This document shows, piece after piece, positions 16,981 to 27,400 of a stretch of 64,000 nt of DNA; position 1 is the stretch's first letter; every line of letters starts with the position of its first letter. This DNA is from Bacteroidota bacterium (GTDB lineage Bacteria; Bacteroidota; Bacteroidia; Palsa-948), in NCBI GenBank assembly GCA_016195025.1, contig JACQAL010000036.1:19411-83410 (forward strand), read 5' to 3'. The position numbers were made by a program, and so were the translations under genes. Below the pieces are notes generated by a model. That model was not told the DNA's origin, ran no database searches, and saw only the letters and a program-made list of their open reading frames with translations.

Positions 16981-18531
16981 ATGGAAACCATAGAAGAAAA
17001 AATTACAATTGAAAAACAGGAAACCAACATCAATAAATTGTTTCCTATTTTTTTAAAGCTGGAGAAACTGAAAGTTCTCATTGTAGGCGGAGGAAATGTT
17101 GCGCTGGAAAAACTGAATGCAGTTCTTGCAAACAGTCCCGAAACGAATATAACTATTGTTGCGCCCGAAATCATAAATGAGATTTTCAAAATCTCCTATG
17201 AAAATGAGAATGTGAAAATAAAACAGCGCGTGTTTTTTCCCGGTGATTTGTTCAATGCAGATATTGTGATTGCCGCCACTGGCGACCACGACACGAACAA
17301 AATCATAAAGGACGAAGCGAAGAAGCGCGAAATGCTTGTGAACGTTGCCGATACTCCGGAGCTTTGCGACTTTTATCTTGGAAGCATTGTGAACAAAGGC
17401 GATTTGAAAATTGCCGTTTCTACAAATGGAAAATCTCCCACGCTTGCCAAGCGCGTCAAGGAAGTTTTGAATGATGCTATTCCGAATGAAACACAAAATG
17501 TTTTGGACAATCTCGAAGTGATTAGAAAAAAGTTGAACGGAAATTTTTCAGAGAAAGTAAAAAAGTTAAATGAAATTACTTCGGTATTAGCAGTGGAAAA
17601 TAATATTCATTCACTTCAGCCACACTTGCTGGTTGAAGAGGAAGAAAAACCAAAATACAAGCAGGCGAAATATTGGGTTATTTATTCCTTCTCCGCAATT
17701 GCATTGATGATTGTCGGGCATCTTTTATTTTCGTATTTGCCGCTGAATGCAATCGGAGGTTATATAGGTGAAGTTGCCGGTAAAATTGACAGCACACTTT
17801 TAATTTTTGTTGTCGGAGGATTTTTGGCGCAAATGGTAGATGGCGCGCTTGGAATGGCGTACGGAGTTACGGCAACAACTTTTCTTTTATCATTCGGAAT
17901 TTCTCCGGCTGCTGCGAGTGCAAGCGTGCACGCTTCGGAAATTTTTACGACCGGTGCTTCCGGAATTTCTCATCTGCGTTTTAAAAATGTGAACACAAAA
18001 TTGTTTCGCAATCTTTTAATCCCGGGAATTCTCGGAGCAATTCTCGGAGCATACATTTTATCTTCTCTGGAAAATTATGCGGTGTATATCAAACCTTTCG
18101 TTTCAGTTTATACATTGATTCTCGGAGTGGTGATTATCCGAAAAGCGATTCGGAAAATCCAGACGAAGAAAAAAATAAAACGAGTCGGACGCCTTGCTTT
18201 CATCGGAGCATTTCTCGATTCCATTGGCGGTGGCGGATGGGGACCGATTGTTTCTTCCACACTTATTGCGCGCGGAAGAAGCTGGCGCTACACCATCGGT
18301 TCGGTAAACCTTGCAGAATTTTTTGTAACACTTGCAAGTTCGATTACATTTTTCACCGTAATAGGAATTCATCACTGGTATGTAATTATCGGTTTAATCA
18401 TTGGCGGAATGATTGCCGCGCCTTTTGCCGCTTATCTCACTTCAAAAATTCCGGTTCGCGCAGGATTAATTACAGTAGGAGTTGTGGTGATTGTTGTAAG
18501 TTTGAGGATTCTTTTTAAAACATTCTTTTAG
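16981..18531 (+). CDS. Fusion of precorrin-2 dehydrogenase/sirohydrochlorin ferrochelatase with a TauE/SafE (TSUP) transporter
   Basis: IVGGGNVA..K, VNVADTPELCDF, STNGKSP; C-half DGALGMAYG, GGGGWGP and many TM helices. Confidence 0.9.
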   Translation: METIEEKITIEKQETNINKLFPIFLKLEKLKVLIVGGGNVALEKLNAVLANSPETNITIVAPEIINEIFKISYENENVKIKQRVFFPGDLFNADIVIAATGDHDTNKIIKDEAKKREMLVNVADTPELCDFYLGSIVNKGDLKIAVSTNGKSPTLAKRVKEVLNDAIPNETQNVLDNLEVIRKKLNGNFSEKVKKLNEITSVLAVENNIHSLQPHLLVEEEEKPKYKQAKYWVIYSFSAIALMIVGHLLFSYLPLNAIGGYIGEVAGKIDSTLLIFVVGGFLAQMVDGALGMAYGVTATTFLLSFGISPAAASASVHASEIFTTGASGISHLRFKNVNTKLFRNLLIPGILGAILGAYILSSLENYAVYIKPFVSVYTLILGVVIIRKAIRKIQTKKKIKRVGRLAFIGAFLDSIGGGGWGPIVSSTLIARGRSWRYTIGSVNLAEFFVTLASSITFFTVIGIHHWYVIIGLIIGGMIAAPFAAYLTSKIPVRAGLITVGVVVIVVSLRILFKTFF

Positions 18532-19235
18532 TGAGCGCTGAAAAAATAAATAGAATTGAAAAACTTGTTTCTGGAAAATCTCCGGAAGAATCTCTTGCTT
18601 TGCTTTCAAAAGAATTTTCCGGGACAATAATTTTCTCCACCAGTTTTGGTTTGGAAGACCAGGCAATCACGCATATTATTTTTTCACAAAATGTTCCGAT
18701 AAAAGTTTTCACTCTTGAAACAGGAAGATTGTTTCCCGAAACATATTCTGTTTGGAACAACACCAGAAAAAAATATGGGAAGAACATAGAATCTTTTTCT
18801 CCGAATGAAACCGCAGTGCAGAAATTAGTTTCAGAAAAAGGCCCGAACAGTTTTTATGAATCAGTTGAAAACAGATTAGAATGTTGTTTCATACGCAAAG
18901 TAGAACCGCTGCAGCGCGCGTTGATGGGAAATGAAATCTGGATTACGGGAATCCGAAAAAAACAATCGCAGCACAGAAATATTCTTTCTTCGGTGGAATG
19001 GGATGAGAAAAACAATATTGTAAAGTTTCATCCTTTGTTTGACTGGAGTTTTGATGAAGTAAAAAGTTTTATAAAGAAAAATAATATTCCCTATAATTCT
19101 TTGCACGACAAAGGATTTCCCAGTATCGGATGTCAGCCCTGCACGCGAGCAGTAAAAAACGGAGAAGATGCCCGAGCGGGAAGATGGTGGTGGGAAGACA
19201 CAACTAAAAAAGAATGCGGATTACATACACATTGA
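18531..19235 (+). CDS. cysH: Adenylyl-sulfate (APS/PAPS) reductase, 4Fe-4S type
   Basis: ECCFIRKVEPL, SIGCQPCT, GRWWWE, ECGLH. Confidence 0.95.
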   Translation: MSAEKINRIEKLVSGKSPEESLALLSKEFSGTIIFSTSFGLEDQAITHIIFSQNVPIKVFTLETGRLFPETYSVWNNTRKKYGKNIESFSPNETAVQKLVSEKGPNSFYESVENRLECCFIRKVEPLQRALMGNEIWITGIRKKQSQHRNILSSVEWDEKNNIVKFHPLFDWSFDEVKSFIKKNNIPYNSLHDKGFPSIGCQPCTRAVKNGEDARAGRWWWEDTTKKECGLHTH

Positions 19236-19238
19236 ATT

Positions 19239-20144
19239 ATGAAATATCATTTAGATTATCTTGACCAACTCGAATCCGAATCTATTCACATTTTTCGTGA
19301 AGTGGTGGGGCAATTTGAACGCCCTGCGCTTTTATTTTCCGGAGGAAAAGATTCCATCACATTAGTTCATCTTGCACTGAAAGCATTCCGTCCGGGAAAA
19401 TTTCCCTTTCCTTTAGTTCACATTGATACCGAACATAATTTTCCGGAAGCAATTCAGTTCAGAGACGAGTTGGTAAAAAAAATAGGAGAGAAATTAATTG
19501 TGCGAAGTGTTGGAGATACGATTAAACAAAAAGGATTGGTTGAACAAAGAGGAAGATTCTACAGCCGAAACGCTTTGCAAACCTATACGTTGCTTGACAC
19601 GATTGAAGAATTCCGTTTTGATGCTTGTATTGGTGGAGCACGCAGAGATGAAGAAAAAGCGCGAGCGAAAGAAAGAGTTTTTTCTGTGCGTGATGAATTC
19701 GGGCAGTGGGATCCGAAAAAACAAAGACCGGAGTTGTGGAGCATTTACAACGGAAGAATCCGTCAGGGAGAAAATGTGCGCGTGTTTCCGATTTCCAACT
19801 GGACAGAACTGGACGTTTGGAATTACATCAAGCGTGAGAAAATTGATTTGCCTTCCATTTATTTTTCTCACAAAAGAAAATGCATTGTTCGCCCCGGTGG
19901 CTTGCTGGCACTGACTGATTTTGTTTACACCGATGCGGACGATAGAATTGAAGAAAGAAAAGTTCGCTTCCGTACTGTTGGTGATGCAACATGTACCGCT
20001 GCGGTAGAATCAGAAGCAAATTCACTGGATGATATCATCCGTGAAATAGAAGAAACAAAAATCTCCGAACGCGGTGCAACGCGTTTGGATGACCAAACTT
20101 CCGATGCTTCGATGGAAGACAGGAAAAAGGGTGGTTATTTCTAA
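19239..20144 (+). CDS. cysD: Sulfate adenylyltransferase subunit 2
   Basis: FSGGKDS, GGARRDEEKARAKER, MEDRKKGGYF. Confidence 0.96.
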   Translation: MKYHLDYLDQLESESIHIFREVVGQFERPALLFSGGKDSITLVHLALKAFRPGKFPFPLVHIDTEHNFPEAIQFRDELVKKIGEKLIVRSVGDTIKQKGLVEQRGRFYSRNALQTYTLLDTIEEFRFDACIGGARRDEEKARAKERVFSVRDEFGQWDPKKQRPELWSIYNGRIRQGENVRVFPISNWTELDVWNYIKREKIDLPSIYFSHKRKCIVRPGGLLALTDFVYTDADDRIEERKVRFRTVGDATCTAAVESEANSLDDIIREIEETKISERGATRLDDQTSDASMEDRKKGGYF

Positions 20145-20165
20145 GAAAACATTATAAAAAATTTG

Positions 20166-20247
20166 TAGGCGAGAGAGGATTTGAACCTCCACGGGTTTCC
20201 CCACTGGTTTCTAAGACCAGCACGTCTGCCAGTTCCGCCACTCGCCC
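20166..20247 (-). tRNA. tRNA-Leu(TAG)
   Basis: Cloverleaf GGGCGAG-TGGCGGAACTGGCAGAC...CTGGT-CT-TAG-AA-ACCAG, long variable arm, GGTTCAAATCC. Confidence 0.93.
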
Positions 20248-20303
20248 GCGTTACTGCAAAATGTTTTGGCAAAAATAATATAAATCATTCGGCATGGGAA
20301 ACT

Positions 20304-20570
20304 TCATCCGCCCGGATGTTTTCTCAAATGTTCATCGGCAGAAAATGGTCCGGAGCCGTACACGAGAAAAACAAGCAGCAGTGCCACAACAAGAATAGAA
20401 AACCAGAACTGTGAATAAAAATCAAACATTCCGCTTTCTTTCCCGTTGAGAATTACCGCGCCAATCAGAATGGGAATCTGAAAAACAATTGCCCAGCGAG
20501 TAATTAATCCGAGCGCGATTAAAATTCCAGCACCCATCGCAATTCGCTCTATGTTAACTTTAGTTTCCAT
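20304..20570 (-). CDS. DoxX-family membrane protein, short and possibly internally deleted
   Basis: LIALGLITRWA..QIPILIGAV...GSGPFSAD; only 88 aa. Confidence 0.65.
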   Translation of the reverse strand: METKVNIERIAMGAGILIALGLITRWAIVFQIPILIGAVILNGKESGMFDFYSQFWFSILVVALLLVFLVYGSGPFSADEHLRKHPGG

Positions 20571-20668
20571 ATTGATTTTTCGTTTAAGGTACGGAAGCGA
20601 AGCAATTACTAAAAATTAAATTCGATGCCTTGCAAATAATTACTCATGCGCTGTTTCCATCATAAGAA

Positions 20669-21364
20669 TTATGCAAGAAATTTCAGGCGCTGCATCAGCC
20701 CTTTTAATTTTGAACGGCTCACAGGAATAAGTTTCGGACCAAGCACCAAGCAATTATCTTCTATCTCCGAAATTTTATCAAGCCGGATGATGTAAGAATT
20801 ATGTGCGCGGAAAAATTTTTTTTCAGAGAGGGCTTTTTCCATTCCCTTCATAGTGGAATGGATGGTGTATTTATTGACTGATCTGTGAATGGTTACATAA
20901 TCTGCCAGCGCTTCCACAAACAAAATATCACGCGTATCAATTTTCACAAGGCGGGAATTCACCTTAATAAATAAATGTTCCTCATCGTGCGAAGAAATTC
21001 CTGTCTGCATTTCGTGCATTCGTTTGGCTTTTGTAATGGAGCGGAAAAAACGTTCGTTCGAAATTGGTTTCACTATAAAATCGGTTACTTCAAAATCAAA
21101 TGCGTCCACTGCAAAATCTTTATTCGAGGAAATTAAAATCACCTGTGGGCGCTCTTCTTTCAACGCGTTCATCAGTTCCAGTCCGTTTGTTTCGGGCATC
21201 ATCACATCGAGAATCATTAAATCCACTTGTTCGCCCATTAATGCAGTAATTGCTTCTGCAGGAGAAGAACAGGACTGGGCCAGATTCAAAAAAGAAACTT
21301 GCGCAATTTTATTTTCCAAATCGAGCCGGGCAGTAGCATCATCGTCTACAATTATGCAGTTCAT
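20669..21364 (-). CDS. LytTR-family response regulator
   Basis: IIVDDD, LDVMMP, DFIVKP receiver; FFRAHNSYII, IPVSRS LytTR. Confidence 0.95.
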   Translation of the reverse strand: MNCIIVDDDATARLDLENKIAQVSFLNLAQSCSSPAEAITALMGEQVDLMILDVMMPETNGLELMNALKEERPQVILISSNKDFAVDAFDFEVTDFIVKPISNERFFRSITKAKRMHEMQTGISSHDEEHLFIKVNSRLVKIDTRDILFVEALADYVTIHRSVNKYTIHSTMKGMEKALSEKKFFRAHNSYIIRLDKISEIEDNCLVLGPKLIPVSRSKLKGLMQRLKFLA

Positions 21365-21973
21365 ATAGGAGGAATCGAAAAATGTATGCCAACTATCGAA
21401 AGAAAATTAAAAAATTATTTTCCGTTCTATCTTTGAATAGAATGTTCTTTGAAGTATAGTAGCCGGCAGAAAAAGGAAAAAAACAAAAGGTTGTTCTACC
21501 GCTAAAACAGTAATCCAACTTAGGTTTTTGAGTTTTTCTCCGGCGATATATATACAATGGCTGAAGAAGTTAGTATGAGAATTATTTTTCTTGAGCCGAT
21601 AATGAGAAAGGGCGGCTTTCGCAGAATTTTTTCCTGACGGAAAAGGCATTGCAGTAAAAAAATCTACTCTGCGAAAGCGCTCGGACTCATTAAATATGAT
21701 AGAAACTATTTTCTCATCCTGCATCAACGGATGATGATATCATCGTTTCGAGACAAAGTTGAAGTCAGATAAGAGGTTGGATGAGAAAAAACGCAGGCAG
21801 AGAGGACGAGAGCAATTTACCGATTTATCGGCATTTTGCTACTTCCTCTCAGAATGCTTGCGTGATGTAAATTATAAGCCGCAGAACTGCAAAACGGGTA
21901 GGAAAATATTTTTAGAAAAAAAAATTTTGATTCCTGTACTTGCGAATGAAAAAGATTCTGCGGTTTATTTTTG

Positions 21974-22045
21974 TGGTCTCACCCGGATTCGAACCGGGAT
22001 TTTGAGCTCCGGAGACCCATGTACTATCCATTATACTATAAGACC
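21974..22045 (-). tRNA. tRNA-Arg(CCG)
   Basis: GGTCTTA...TGGGT-CT-CCG-GA-GCTCA...CCCGGTTCGAATCCGGG-TGAGACC-A. Confidence 0.9.
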
Positions 22046-22076
22046 AAAAAATAGAATTACAAAAGCGAAGAAAATG

Positions 22077-22160
22077 TGCCCGGAAAAGGAATCGAACCTT
22101 CACGGTATTGCTACCATTGGTGTTTGAGACCAACGCGTCTACCAGTTCCGCCATCCGGGC
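22077..22160 (-). tRNA. tRNA-Leu(CAA)
   Basis: GCCCGGA-TGGCGGAACTGGTAGAC...TTGGT-CT-CAA-AC-ACCAA; TACATTTG box at 22168-22175. Confidence 0.95.
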
Positions 22161-22191
22161 AGGGATGCAAATGTAAAATTGATTGTCAAAT

Positions 22192-22602
22192 CTAAATCCG
22201 TTTCAGATAAAAATTTTCCTGCGTGCGCATTTCTTTTTTCTCTTTTGCCTTTTTGTCTTTGTAGCCGCAGAGGTGTAGAATTCCGTGAATCATTACGCGA
22301 TTTAATTCGTTCTGAAATGATGCGCCAAACTTTTTTGCATTTTCTTGCACGCGCGGAATGCTGATGAAAATTTCTGCCGTTAATTTTGGGGATGGATATT
22401 GAAAAGTGATAATATCCGTAAGCGTATTATGCTTAAGAAATTTTTTATTCAGCGAAAGAAGAAATTTATCATCGCAGAAAATAAAATTAATTTCTCCGGC
22501 TTTTCTTTTTTCTTTACCAATAACAGAGATAAGAAATTTTTTCACAGCATTTTCTTTCTTCAATGAAAAAGAAATATTCTGTGAAAAAAAATGAACAGCC
22601 AT
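22192..22602 (-). CDS. ybeY: rRNA maturation RNase YbeY
   Basis: TDIITF and IHGILHLCGYKD motifs. Confidence 0.95.
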   Translation of the reverse strand: MAVHFFSQNISFSLKKENAVKKFLISVIGKEKRKAGEINFIFCDDKFLLSLNKKFLKHNTLTDIITFQYPSPKLTAEIFISIPRVQENAKKFGASFQNELNRVMIHGILHLCGYKDKKAKEKKEMRTQENFYLKRI

Positions 22603-22612
22603 TCAGCAGTTC

Positions 22613-23950
22613 TTAGAAGAGTTTGTGAGTTTCTAAAAACTTTGTTGTGTAATTTCCTTTTCGGAAATCCTCGTTCTCCATTAGTTTGATGTGAAAAGCA
22701 ATTGTAGTTTTCACGCCTTCAATTACAAATTCTCCGAGCGCGCGGTGCATTTTTGAAATGGCTTCTTCGCGTGTTTGCGCAACGGTAATCAGTTTTGCAA
22801 CCATTGAATCGTAATAAGGCGGAATCACGTAGCCGGCATAAATGTGAGTGTCCACGCGAATGCCATGCCCGCCCGGTACATGCAGCGTGGTGATTTTTCC
22901 CGGTGAAGGACGGAAATCATTTTGCGGATCTTCGGCATTAATGCGGCACTCGATGGAATGCAGTTGCGGAAAATAATTTTTCCCTGAAATAGGAACTCCG
23001 GCTGCAATCTGAATTTGCTCGCGGATTAAATCGTAGTCAATCACTTCTTCCGTGATCGGATGCTCGACTTGAATCCGTGTGTTCATCTCCATGAAATAAA
23101 AATTGCGGTGCTTGTCAACCAGAAATTCTATTGTGCCCACACCTTCGTATTTAATTGCGTTGGCAAGTTTCACAGCGGCTTCGCCCATAGCGTTGCGCAG
23201 TTCCGGAGTCATAAACGGGGAAGGTGTTTCTTCAGCAAGTTTCTGATGCCGTCTTTGAATCGAGCAATCCCGTTCGGAAAGATGACATGCTTTTCCATAT
23301 TGGTCGCCCGCAATCTGAATTTCTATATGGCGCGGCTCCTCAATAAATTTTTCCATGTACATGCCGTCATTTCCAAAAGAGGCGAGCGCTTCTTTGCGCG
23401 CAGATTCCCAGGCGTGCTCGATTTCTTTTTCTTCGTGAACAATGCGCATTCCTTTTCCTCCGCCACCCGCAGTTGCTTTCATCAAAACGGGATAGCCGAT
23501 TTTTTTTGCAGTGGCTTTTGCATCTTCCAAACTTTCGAGCAAACCATCCGAGCCGGGAACGCAGGGAACTCCGGCTTTTTTCGCAGTGGCTTTTGCCGAT
23601 GCTTTGTCGCCCATTGCATCAATCATTTCCGGTGTGGGACCGATGAATTTTATTTCGTGCTCGGCACAAATCTGGGCGAACTTGGAACGCTCAGATAAAA
23701 ATCCATAGCCGGGATGAATGGCATCTGCATTGGTGATTTCAGCTGCAGCAATAATATTTGGAATGTTCAGATAAGAATCTTTGCTTGCTGGCGGACCTAT
23801 GCAAACCGCTTCATCGGCAAAACGAACGTGTAAAGAATCTTTATCGGCAGTGGAATAAACGGCAACCGTTTTTATTCCCATTTCCTTGCAGGAACGAATG
23901 ATTCGCAGGGCAATTTCCCCGCGATTGGCTATAAGTATTTTTTTAAACAC
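22613..23950 (-). CDS. accC: Acetyl-CoA carboxylase biotin carboxylase subunit
   Basis: [46 protein letters not shown]. Confidence 0.97.
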   Translation of the reverse strand: MFKKILIANRGEIALRIIRSCKEMGIKTVAVYSTADKDSLHVRFADEAVCIGPPASKDSYLNIPNIIAAAEITNADAIHPGYGFLSERSKFAQICAEHEIKFIGPTPEMIDAMGDKASAKATAKKAGVPCVPGSDGLLESLEDAKATAKKIGYPVLMKATAGGGGKGMRIVHEEKEIEHAWESARKEALASFGNDGMYMEKFIEEPRHIEIQIAGDQYGKACHLSERDCSIQRRHQKLAEETPSPFMTPELRNAMGEAAVKLANAIKYEGVGTIEFLVDKHRNFYFMEMNTRIQVEHPITEEVIDYDLIREQIQIAAGVPISGKNYFPQLHSIECRINAEDPQNDFRPSPGKITTLHVPGGHGIRVDTHIYAGYVIPPYYDSMVAKLITVAQTREEAISKMHRALGEFVIEGVKTTIAFHIKLMENEDFRKGNYTTKFLETHKLF

Positions 23951-23955
23951 AAATT

Positions 23956-24064
23956 TGGTTTAAGGTTATTGGTTTATTAGTTTTAGTTGATTGGTTTTTA
24001 GTTTTTGTTAACCAGAACCGGCAACTAAAAACCAAAATCAATAACTAAGAAACAAAGAACTAAA
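23956..24064. repeat. Inverted heptamer arrays (TTAGTTT/TTGGTTT facing AAACTAA/AAACCAA)
   Basis: Intergenic; about seven T-rich units followed by about seven complementary A-rich units. Confidence 0.65.
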
Positions 24065-24065
24065 A

Positions 24066-24482
24066 TCAGTTTTTAATAGAAACGTCCACTACAAATTTAT
24101 TCTTGAGCAATCTTCTTCCGATTAAAACGGGGTAGCGCATAGCCCCCCGGTCGGTGAGCGAAATTATTGATTTTATTGTTCTGCCCGCAATGCGAATTTT
24201 TGTTTTGATTACAAATCTTTTTTCCGCTTCCCCGAAGGAATTTTTTATTTTTTTCTGCGAGAAATTTTCGAAGCAATGTTCTTTTTCATTGAAGACAGGA
24301 TGCGTGGGGTCGAGCACCTTGAAACATAATTTTTTTTCTTTCACGCGGATGGCATGGCAATGCAAGGTGTTTGAGTAGGCGCCTGTATCTATCTTGGCAA
24401 AAATTCCGGTAACACCGAGCTCCGGAAAATCCACCATTTCCCTTCTGCCGATGATTTGTTTGGGTTTTATTTTTTTTTGCAT
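24066..24482 (-). CDS. RimK-associated retropepsin-like aspartic protease (putative ATP-dependent zinc protease family)
   Basis: IGRRE, AKIDTGAY, SLTDR..MRYPVLIGR. Confidence 0.9.
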   Translation of the reverse strand: MQKKIKPKQIIGRREMVDFPELGVTGIFAKIDTGAYSNTLHCHAIRVKEKKLCFKVLDPTHPVFNEKEHCFENFSQKKIKNSFGEAEKRFVIKTKIRIAGRTIKSIISLTDRGAMRYPVLIGRRLLKNKFVVDVSIKN

Positions 24483-24483
24483 G

Positions 24484-27400
24484 CTAAACTTTTACGCCCA
24501 TCACGAGTATATCATCAATCTGCTCCAGGTTTCCTTTCCATTCTTCAATGGTTTCATCCAGAATTATTTTTTGTTGCTCCATCGGTTTATGGTGGATAGA
24601 AAGAATTAATTCTTTCAACCGGCTGCGTTTGAATTTTTTTCCTTGCTTTCCTCCAAACTGGTCGCCATAGCCGTCCGAATAAAGATAAATCGTATCACCT
24701 TTCTGAATTTCCAGTTCGTGGTTGGTGAAATTTTTTCTCGAGATGAATTGCCCGATGGGCTGCTTGTCTCCGCGGATTTCTTTCAACTCGCCATTCCGAA
24801 TCAAAAGCATCGGATGATTTGCCCCGCTGAATTCCAGTTTCATATTTTTCCGGTCAAGACCGCAGAGAGAAATATCCATTCCGTCTTTTATATCCTGCGT
24901 TTCTCCTCCGCGGCTCAACACATCAGTTACGCCCTCATTTAACTTGTCGAGAATTTCTGAAGGAGTACGCAGTTGAAACATTATTATTGCGCGCTGAATA
25001 TTTCCATGCGCCACCAAACTTACAAATGCTCCGGGAACTCCGTGCCCGGTGCAATCAATGGCGGCAAAAAACAATTTACTTTCTTTTTTATTTGCCCAGT
25101 AAAAATCTCCGCTCACAATATCTTTCTGCTTGAAGAGAACAAAATAATCTTCCATGTGCTCGTCCATATATTTTTTTGCAGGAAGCAGCGCATCCTGAAT
25201 CCGTTTTGCATAACGGATGCTGCTGGTAATGTCTTTATTTTTTTCTTCAATGATTTTTTTCTGCTCCACCACTTCGTGTGTGCGCTGTTCCACTTTTTCT
25301 TCAAGAATTTTATTTTGCCGCTGCAGCGCTTTCACGCGGAGTTTCATCGAAACATAAAAAAATGCTGCAAGAAAAATTGCGCAAAGCAGATAAAACCACA
25401 CTGTTTTCCAGAAGGGCGGCTTAATGACGAAGTGATACGAAACCGGTTCGCTCCACATTCCTTCCGCGTTGGAAGCAGAAACTTGGAAAGTATATTCTCC
25501 GTTCGGCAGATTCGGATACGAAGCCATTCTGTTTTCAGTGGGAAGCGACCACTCTTTATTGTGCCCATCGAGTTTATAGCGGTAGCGCACTTTTTCGGGC
25601 GCGCGCAAAAAAGTTCCCATGAATTCAAACACAAACTGGTTTTGCTTGTAACTGAATTCCGGAGAAGCATTCATCGGGTAAAGTTGAAGCATCACCTGCA
25701 ATCCCGTGAGTTGAGTTTTTGGCGCGAGATAATCGAGTGAGTCGAAGGAAGAACGAAACCTTATAATTCCGTTGTCGGTTCCCATCCACACAATTCCGTT
25801 TTTATCGCGGAAGAAAACATTTTGATTGGGAGAAAAATCATTTCCCGCTTCGCTGAAATTATATTGGCGTGCTTGCTTTGGATTTTTTCCGTCAAGCACA
25901 TCTATGCCGTTGTCGTGCGCAATCACCACATCGTTTCCCGCCCCGAGGGAAAGAATATCGGGCGACAAATCGCGGATTCCATTTTCAGTTCCGTAGTTCG
26001 TGAATGTTCTCCCGTTGTAAGAATAAATTCCTCCTTCCTGCGTGGCAAACCAAATAAGCCCGCTTTCGTCTTCGATGATGGAATAAACAATATCGCTTTT
26101 TAATCCTCCTGCTTTTGTGTTGAAGGAAGAAAAAAATTTCCCATCGTAGCGCGTAATGCCTCCGCCATCGGTGCCAAACCATAAAATATTTCTGCTGTCG
26201 CGGAAAGCGTAATACGCATAAATACTTCCGATGCCGTCTTCCTCCGAAAAATTTTTGACAGCGGATTTTCCCCTGTAATTTTCTTCCGTGAAAGAAATTT
26301 TTGAAACGCCTCCGCCTAAAGTCGCAAGCCAGATGTTTCCGTCTTTATCATCGCAGATGGACATGATGTTGTTGCTCGCCAGCCCTTGCGCTTCTGAAAA
26401 AATTGTTGTGCTGCCTGTTTCAGGGTTCAGAAGATAAGCGCCATGCCCGTAAGTTCCAACCCACACGTTTCCGTTTTTCCCTTCGAAGAGAGAAACGATT
26501 CTGAAGTCAGATTTTTTATCGCTGAAAAATAATTTGCTCTTGGGAATTCCCGATTCATCAAAATGAAAAGTGAACAACCCTTTTGGCGTGCTTATCCAGT
26601 AATTTCCTTTTGAATCGTTCATCAGCGCGCGAATGGAATCGGAAGGCAGCCCATCTTTCATAGTAAAAACTTCGAAGCGGCTGCGGCAATATTGCGTCAA
26701 ACCTTTTTCGGTTCCAATCCAGATATTTTTTTCTGTGTCTTCAAAAAGCACTTGAACTTTCTGATTGGAATGCGCATTGTGCCCTGAAACAGGAAATCGG
26801 AAATAGTAGTTGTCACGAACGGTGAATGCAATCAAACCGCCTTCGGCTTCCGCACCAATCCACACCGCGCCTGAATAATCTACGAGCATGGAATAAATGG
26901 GGCCGAATTTCCACCCGCCTTTTATTCCGGGACGAATAATTTTTTTCTCTGCCAAATCATAATTGCAGAAACCCGAATCGCGCATGGCAATCCAGATTTT
27001 TCCCTTCCGGTCTTTTAAAATTATCGGAACAATATTATCGGGAAGCCCGCTTTTTGTGGTGAGATAATTTTTTTTGCCGCCTTCCAGAATAGTAATTCCC
27101 CCATCAGTGCCGAGCCAGATGCTTCCTTCTTTTGCTTCGCAGATGGAATACACAAAATCATCGCTCAATCCGTTTTTAGAATTATAATGAGAAATATTTT
27201 TCCCATCGAAAAGATATGTGCCCGAACCATATGTTCCAATCCAGACATTTTTTTTGCTGTCGGCAACAATGCAGGAAATTTTTTCTTTATCGGCAGAATC
27301 TTTCTGTGTGAAAGAAGAAAACTTTTCATTCCGGAGGAGAGAAATTTTTCCATCGGCATAACCAATCCAAAGTATGCTGTCTGAATTTTCGAGAAGTGCA

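Noticed and set aside
20181-22364. ORFs 20181-20414, 21407-21727, 21759-22127, 21912-22154, 22179-22364
   Set aside because: They overlap tRNAs or ybeY, or show no recognisable protein features
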